NCBI GenBank assembly: GCA_965243395.1
Contig: CBDEUS010000002.1
Location: 544,001-608,000, forward strand
DNA from: Gammaproteobacteria bacterium
Lineage (GTDB): Bacteria > Pseudomonadota > Gammaproteobacteria > UBA4575
DNA: 64,000 nucleotides
Direction: 5' to 3'
Below are positions 60,173 through 64,000 of this stretch, one piece after another. A model generated the notes under the pieces. It searched no databases. It was not told the DNA's origin and saw only the letters and a list, made by a program, of their open reading frames with translations. Each line of letters opens with the position of its first letter. Positions within the stretch are counted from its first letter, which is position 1. Position numbers and translations under genes: made by a program.

Positions 60173-63100
60173 ATGCATAAAGTAATTTACCTTTTAGGTT
60201 TTTTGGTAAAGTATTTTTGCTTTTTTGTATTAATTATTTTATCTGGCGTATCTTTCTCAGCGCCTGAAGACCCGCAAGAAGGAGGCGCCTGGGGTCCAGT
60301 AATTCCAGCCCCATTAGTTGCTGTCTCTGCTGCAAATCTTCCTGATGGCAGAATTCTAATGTGGTCGGCTAATGAACGAACAAATTTTAGAAACTCGACA
60401 ATTGAGTTTGCCTATACCGCGGTTTGGGACCCTCAAAGTAACAGTTTTCTCGAGATTCCTCACCTCACCCACGATGTATTTTGTGCCCATCAAGTGTTAC
60501 TTGAAGATGGACGTGTTTTTGTAAATGGGGGTCGCAATCGGTCAGATAGCCCATGGACTAGTATTTTTGATCCATCTACTAACCAATGGGTGCAACTCAA
60601 TAACATGAATAGAGGTCGTTGGTATCCTACAACAGTTGCATTACCAAATGGCACCGTTATGACTTCACTCGGTAGTGGCGGGGGGAATACGGGAGAGCTT
60701 TGGGATGGATCTAGTACTTGGAATTATATAGGTGGTATCAATTTTGATGAGCCGATATTGAATTTCCCGCATCCTGAAGCTAAATGGTGGCCTATCATGC
60801 ATGTGGCGCCTGACGGTCGTATTTTTCATTCTGGACCTACACCTGACATGCATATAATTGATCTTTCTGGAATAGGATCTATCACACAAACAAACACACA
60901 CAACGATTGGTACCCAAAACATGGCACAACAGTTATGTATGACGAGGGTAAATTACTTGTTGCAGGTGGATGGGCTGATGAAAGTGATACGACAAGCGTA
61001 AATAATGCAATGGTTATTGATTTAAATAACCCAAGTCCGCAAATAACGCCCATTGCTCCCATGATTCATTCTAGAAAATTTCACAGTGGAGTTACTTTGC
61101 CAAATGGAGAGGTATTAATAGTGGGAGGCAATACCTCAGGCAAAAAAACTAACGATGAAGGCTCAATTTATTCCGTAGAAATTTGGAATCCCAATACAGG
61201 ATTATGGCGCGAGGGTGCATCGATGAGTATTCCTCGTAATTATCATTCAGTAGTACTTCTCATGTTAGATGGCCGGGTTTATGCAGGTGGTGGGGGTCTA
61301 TGTGATTGTAGTGCAGATCATCAGGATCAGCAGATTTATTCTCCGCCATATTTATTTAATCCAGATGGCACCGTGGCTACACGCCCAATAATATTTAGTG
61401 TTCCAAGCGTGGTAGAGGCGGGTCAAACCATCAACGTTTCTGCAACACCGGGATTATCGCAATTTTCTATTGTAAAGATGTCTTCTGCAACACATGCAAT
61501 TAATACAGATTTGCGTTATTTGCCCGTCGTAATGAATGAGGTAAGTGCTGGAGATTATGAACTTACATTACATTCAAATATTAATGTAATGACACCAGGT
61601 TATTGGATGTTATTTGGATTGAATCCTCAAGGAACCCCTTCAGTTGCAAAAGCTATTCGAGTTTCAACACAAGGCCTTGAAACTGGTCCACCTAGTTTAA
61701 AACAAATGTCGGATAAAATTAGTGACCAAGATGAAGTTATTAACTTAACTCTAGTGGCTAATGATCCAGACGGCGACACATTAACTTTTTCTGCTACTGG
61801 TTTACCACAAGGATTATCACTTGATAGTGCTAGCGGTGTAATAAATGGATTAACAGAGCAGACTGGCATTTATAACACTTCTATTACAGTGGATGATGGT
61901 AATGGGGGGAGTGCGAACACATCGTTTTCATGGACAGTGCAAAGTGGAGGTGGAGGTGGAGGTGGGCCACCTCAAACTGAAACATTCGAATTTGAAAACC
62001 TGTTGGTAGCCGATAGCGATGGCACAACAAACTCTTCAATTGCTTCATCGGGCGCGGCAAGTAACGGTCAATACTTTTTATATCACAGCAATGCGGTCGG
62101 TGAATACGTTACGTTCCCGATAACCACGCCAAATACTGGTGCACATGATTTTGAGTTGCGCTATCACTTATCAAAATATCGTGGCACATTCCGAGTAGAG
62201 GTTGCCGATAATCTAAGTGGTCCCTACACTCAGATTGGCGTTATGAATGATACGGTCAGCAATGGCAGTTCTGTTCGTAGCCTATCCATGACAACCACAT
62301 TTAGTAGTGCGGGGACTAAGTATCTACGCTTCACCGTCACCGGATCGAGTCCTATAGGTAATGAGCGTATGGGCTTAGATAAAGTTGATGTGACCTCTAG
62401 TGGCGGGGGTGGATCAAACAACAATCCACCGACGATTACAACACCTGGGGCACAAACGAATAACGAAGGCGATGGCGTAAGTGGGTTTTTTATTACTGCG
62501 AATGATCCGGATGGTGATACCTTAATCTTTAGCGAGAGTGGACTGCCAACAGGATTAACAATTAATCCAAGTACTGGTGAGATTACAGGATCTACTACAA
62601 CAGCAGGCAGTTTTAATCCAACCATTACAGTGGATGATGGTAATGGGGGGAGTGCGAACACATCGTTTTCATGGACAGTGCAAAGTGTAGGCGGCAACAA
62701 TCCACCGACGATTACAACACCTGGGGCACAAACGAATAACGAAGGCGATGGCGTAAGTGGGTTTTTTATTACTGCGAATGATCCGGATGGTGATACCTTA
62801 ATCTTTAGCGAGAGTGGACTGCCAACAGGATTAACAATTAATCCAAGTACTGGTGAGATTACAGGATCTACTACAACAGCAGGCAGTTTTAATCCAACCA
62901 TTACAGTGGATGATGGTAATGGGGGGAGTGCGAACACATCGTTTTCATGGACAGTGCAAAGTGGAGGTGGAGGTGGAGGTGGGCCACCTCAAACTGAAAC
63001 ATTCGAATTTGAAAACCTGTTGGTAGCCGATAGCGATGGCACAACAAACTCTTCAATTGCTTCATCGGGCGCGGCAAGTAACGGTCAATACTTTTTATAT

Positions 63101-64000
63101 CACAGCAATGCGGTCGGTGAATACGTTACGTTCCCGATAACCACGCCAAATACTGGTGCACATGATTTTGAGTTGCGCTATCACTTATCAAAATATCGTG
63201 GCACATTCCGAGTAGAGGTTGCCGATAATCTAAGTGGTCCCTACACTCAGATTGGCGTTATGAATGATACGGTCAGCAATGGCAGTTCTGTTCGTAGCCT
63301 ATCCATGACAACCACATTTAGTAGTGCGGGGACTAAGTATCTACGCTTCACCGTCACCGGATCGAGTCCTATAGGTAATGAGCGTATGGGCTTAGATAAA
63401 GTTGATGTGACCTCTAGTGGCGGGGGTGGATCAAACAACAATCCACCGACGATTACAACACCTGGGGCACAAACGAATAACGAAGGCGATGGCGTAAGTG
63501 GGTTTTTTATTACTGCGAATGATCCGGATGGTGATACCTTAATCTTTAGCGAGAGTGGACTGCCAACAGGATTAACAATTAATCCAAGTACTGGTGAGAT
63601 TACAGGATCTACTACAACAGCAGGCAGTTTTAATCCAACCATTACAGTGGATGATGGTAATGGGGGGAGTGCGAACACATCGTTTTCATGGACAGTGCAA
63701 AGTGTAGGCGGCAACAATCCACCGACGATTACAACACCTGGGGCACAAACGAATAACGAAGGCGATGGCGTAAGTGGGTTTTTTATTACTGCGAATGATC
63801 CGGATGGTGATACCTTAATCTTTAGCGAGAGTGGACTGCCAACAGGATTAACAATTAATCCAAGTACTGGTGAGATTACAGGATCTACTACAACAGCAGG
63901 CAGTTTTAATCCAACCATTACAGTGGATGATGGTAATGGGGGGAGTGCGAACACATCGTTTTCATGGACAGTGCAAAGTGGAGGTGGAGGTGGAGGTGGG
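60173..64000 (+). CDS. Large secreted copper-radical oxidase (galactose-oxidase/AA5-like Kelch propeller plus C-terminal Ig-like domain) with repeated putative Ig and CBM-like domains; 3' end beyond the window
   Basis: Hand-translated frame from ATG 60173 with no stop found: signal peptide, GAWGPVI, HDVFC, RWYPT, RNYHS, SPPYLF, THAIN, PGYWMLF, then ANDPDGDTL.FS..GLP.GL Ig units and FEFEN...GEYVTF...GLDKV CBM-like units. Missing from the ORF track because it has no stop. Confidence 0.9.
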   Translation, partial: MHKVIYLLGFLVKYFCFFVLIILSGVSFSAPEDPQEGGAWGPVIPAPLVAVSAANLPDGRILMWSANERTNFRNSTIEFAYTAVWDPQSNSFLEIPHLTHDVFCAHQVLLEDGRVFVNGGRNRSDSPWTSIFDPSTNQWVQLNNMNRGRWYPTTVALPNGTVMTSLGSGGGNTGELWDGSSTWNYIGGINFDEPILNFPHPEAKWWPIMHVAPDGRIFHSGPTPDMHIIDLSGIGSITQTNTHNDWYPKHGTTVMYDEGKLLVAGGWADESDTTSVNNAMVIDLNNPSPQITPIAPMIHSRKFHSGVTLPNGEVLIVGGNTSGKKTNDEGSIYSVEIWNPNTGLWREGASMSIPRNYHSVVLLMLDGRVYAGGGGLCDCSADHQDQQIYSPPYLFNPDGTVATRPIIFSVPSVVEAGQTINVSATPGLSQFSIVKMSSATHAINTDLRYLPVVMNEVSAGDYELTLHSNINVMTPGYWMLFGLNPQGTPSVAKAIRVSTQGLETGPPSLKQMSDKISDQDEVINLTLVANDPDGDTLTFSATGLPQGLSLDSASGVINGLTEQTGIYNTSITVDDGNGGSANTSFSWTVQSGGGGGGGPPQTETFEFENLLVADSDGTTNSSIASSGAASNGQYFLYHSNAVGEYVTFPITTPNTGAHDFELRYHLSKYRGTFRVEVADNLSGPYTQIGVMNDTVSNGSSVRSLSMTTTFSSAGTKYLRFTVTGSSPIGNERMGLDKVDVTSSGGGGSNNNPPTITTPGAQTNNEGDGVSGFFITANDPDGDTLIFSESGLPTGLTINPSTGEITGSTTTAGSFNPTITVDDGNGGSANTSFSWTVQSVGGNNPPTITTPGAQTNNEGDGVSGFFITANDPDGDTLIFSESGLPTGLTINPSTGEITGSTTTAGSFNPTITVDDGNGGSANTSFSWTVQSGGGGGGGPPQTETFEFENLLVADSDGTTNSSIASSGAASNGQYFLYHSNAVGEYVTFPITTPNTGAHDFELRYHLSKYRGTFRVEVADNLSGPYTQIGVMNDTVSNGSSVRSLSMTTTFSSAGTKYLRFTVTGSSPIGNERMGLDKVDVTSSGGGGSNNNPPTITTPGAQTNNEGDGVSGFFITANDPDGDTLIFSESGLPTGLTINPSTGEITGSTTTAGSFNPTITVDDGNGGSANTSFSWTVQSVGGNNPPTITTPGAQTNNEGDGVSGFFITANDPDGDTLIFSESGLPTGLTINPSTGEITGSTTTAGSFNPTITVDDGNGGSANTSFSWTVQSGGGGGGG
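61883..64000 (+). repeat. Nested tandem repeat: 1017-bp unit (2 full copies plus start of a third), each holding a 276-bp duplication
   Basis: ATTACAGTGGATGATGG...GGAGGTGGAGGTGGAGGTGGG recurs at 61883, 62900 and 63917; AATCCACCGACG recurs at 62423 and 62699; antisense track ORFs 62230..62937 and 63247..63954 are identical and 1017 bp apart. Confidence 0.97.

Noticed and set aside
62230-63954. Two identical 235-aa minus-strand ORFs
   Set aside because: Antisense shadows of the repeated Ig/CBM region of the large plus-strand ORF.

Overview
An AT-rich, mostly housekeeping stretch of a gammaproteobacterial chromosome. In order it carries rpoD (5' part), dnaG, an AAA-SPOR (DamX-like) gene, dgt, aroBK, pilQPONM, mrcA, hemE, yqeY, rpsU, tsaD, plsY, bioH-bioC, an aa3-type cytochrome c oxidase cluster, rpoH, ftsXEY, an M16 protease pair, rsmD, coaD, ggt, mutM, an FkbO/Hyg5 chorismatase, a Gld-like ABC transporter, desA, rpmGB, folBK, a Rieske oxygenase, folM, a MidA-type methyltransferase, uppP, cca, trxA and rho. 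No rRNA, tRNA, CRISPR array or transposase/integrase was recognised. Three spots stand out. (1) A ~1 kb insert between rpoH and ftsX holds a strongly pairing non-coding region, an orphan lambda-Nu1-like winged-helix ORF and a 64-aa ORF; next to it, a CIRCE element overlaps a sigmaE-type rpoH promoter. (2) Three tandem CsrA/RsmA-type GGA hairpins follow folM, ahead of a membrane-protein/Rieske pair. (3) After rho comes a plasticity region with a TetR gene, clustered palindromes, an internally deleted purD remnant in frame with a truncated secreted-protein gene, and a >1276-codon secreted copper-radical oxidase. That oxidase has a stalk of apparently identical nested 1017-bp/276-bp CBM-Ig-Ig repeats running off the window. 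All family calls come from motif recognition by eye; no searches were run.
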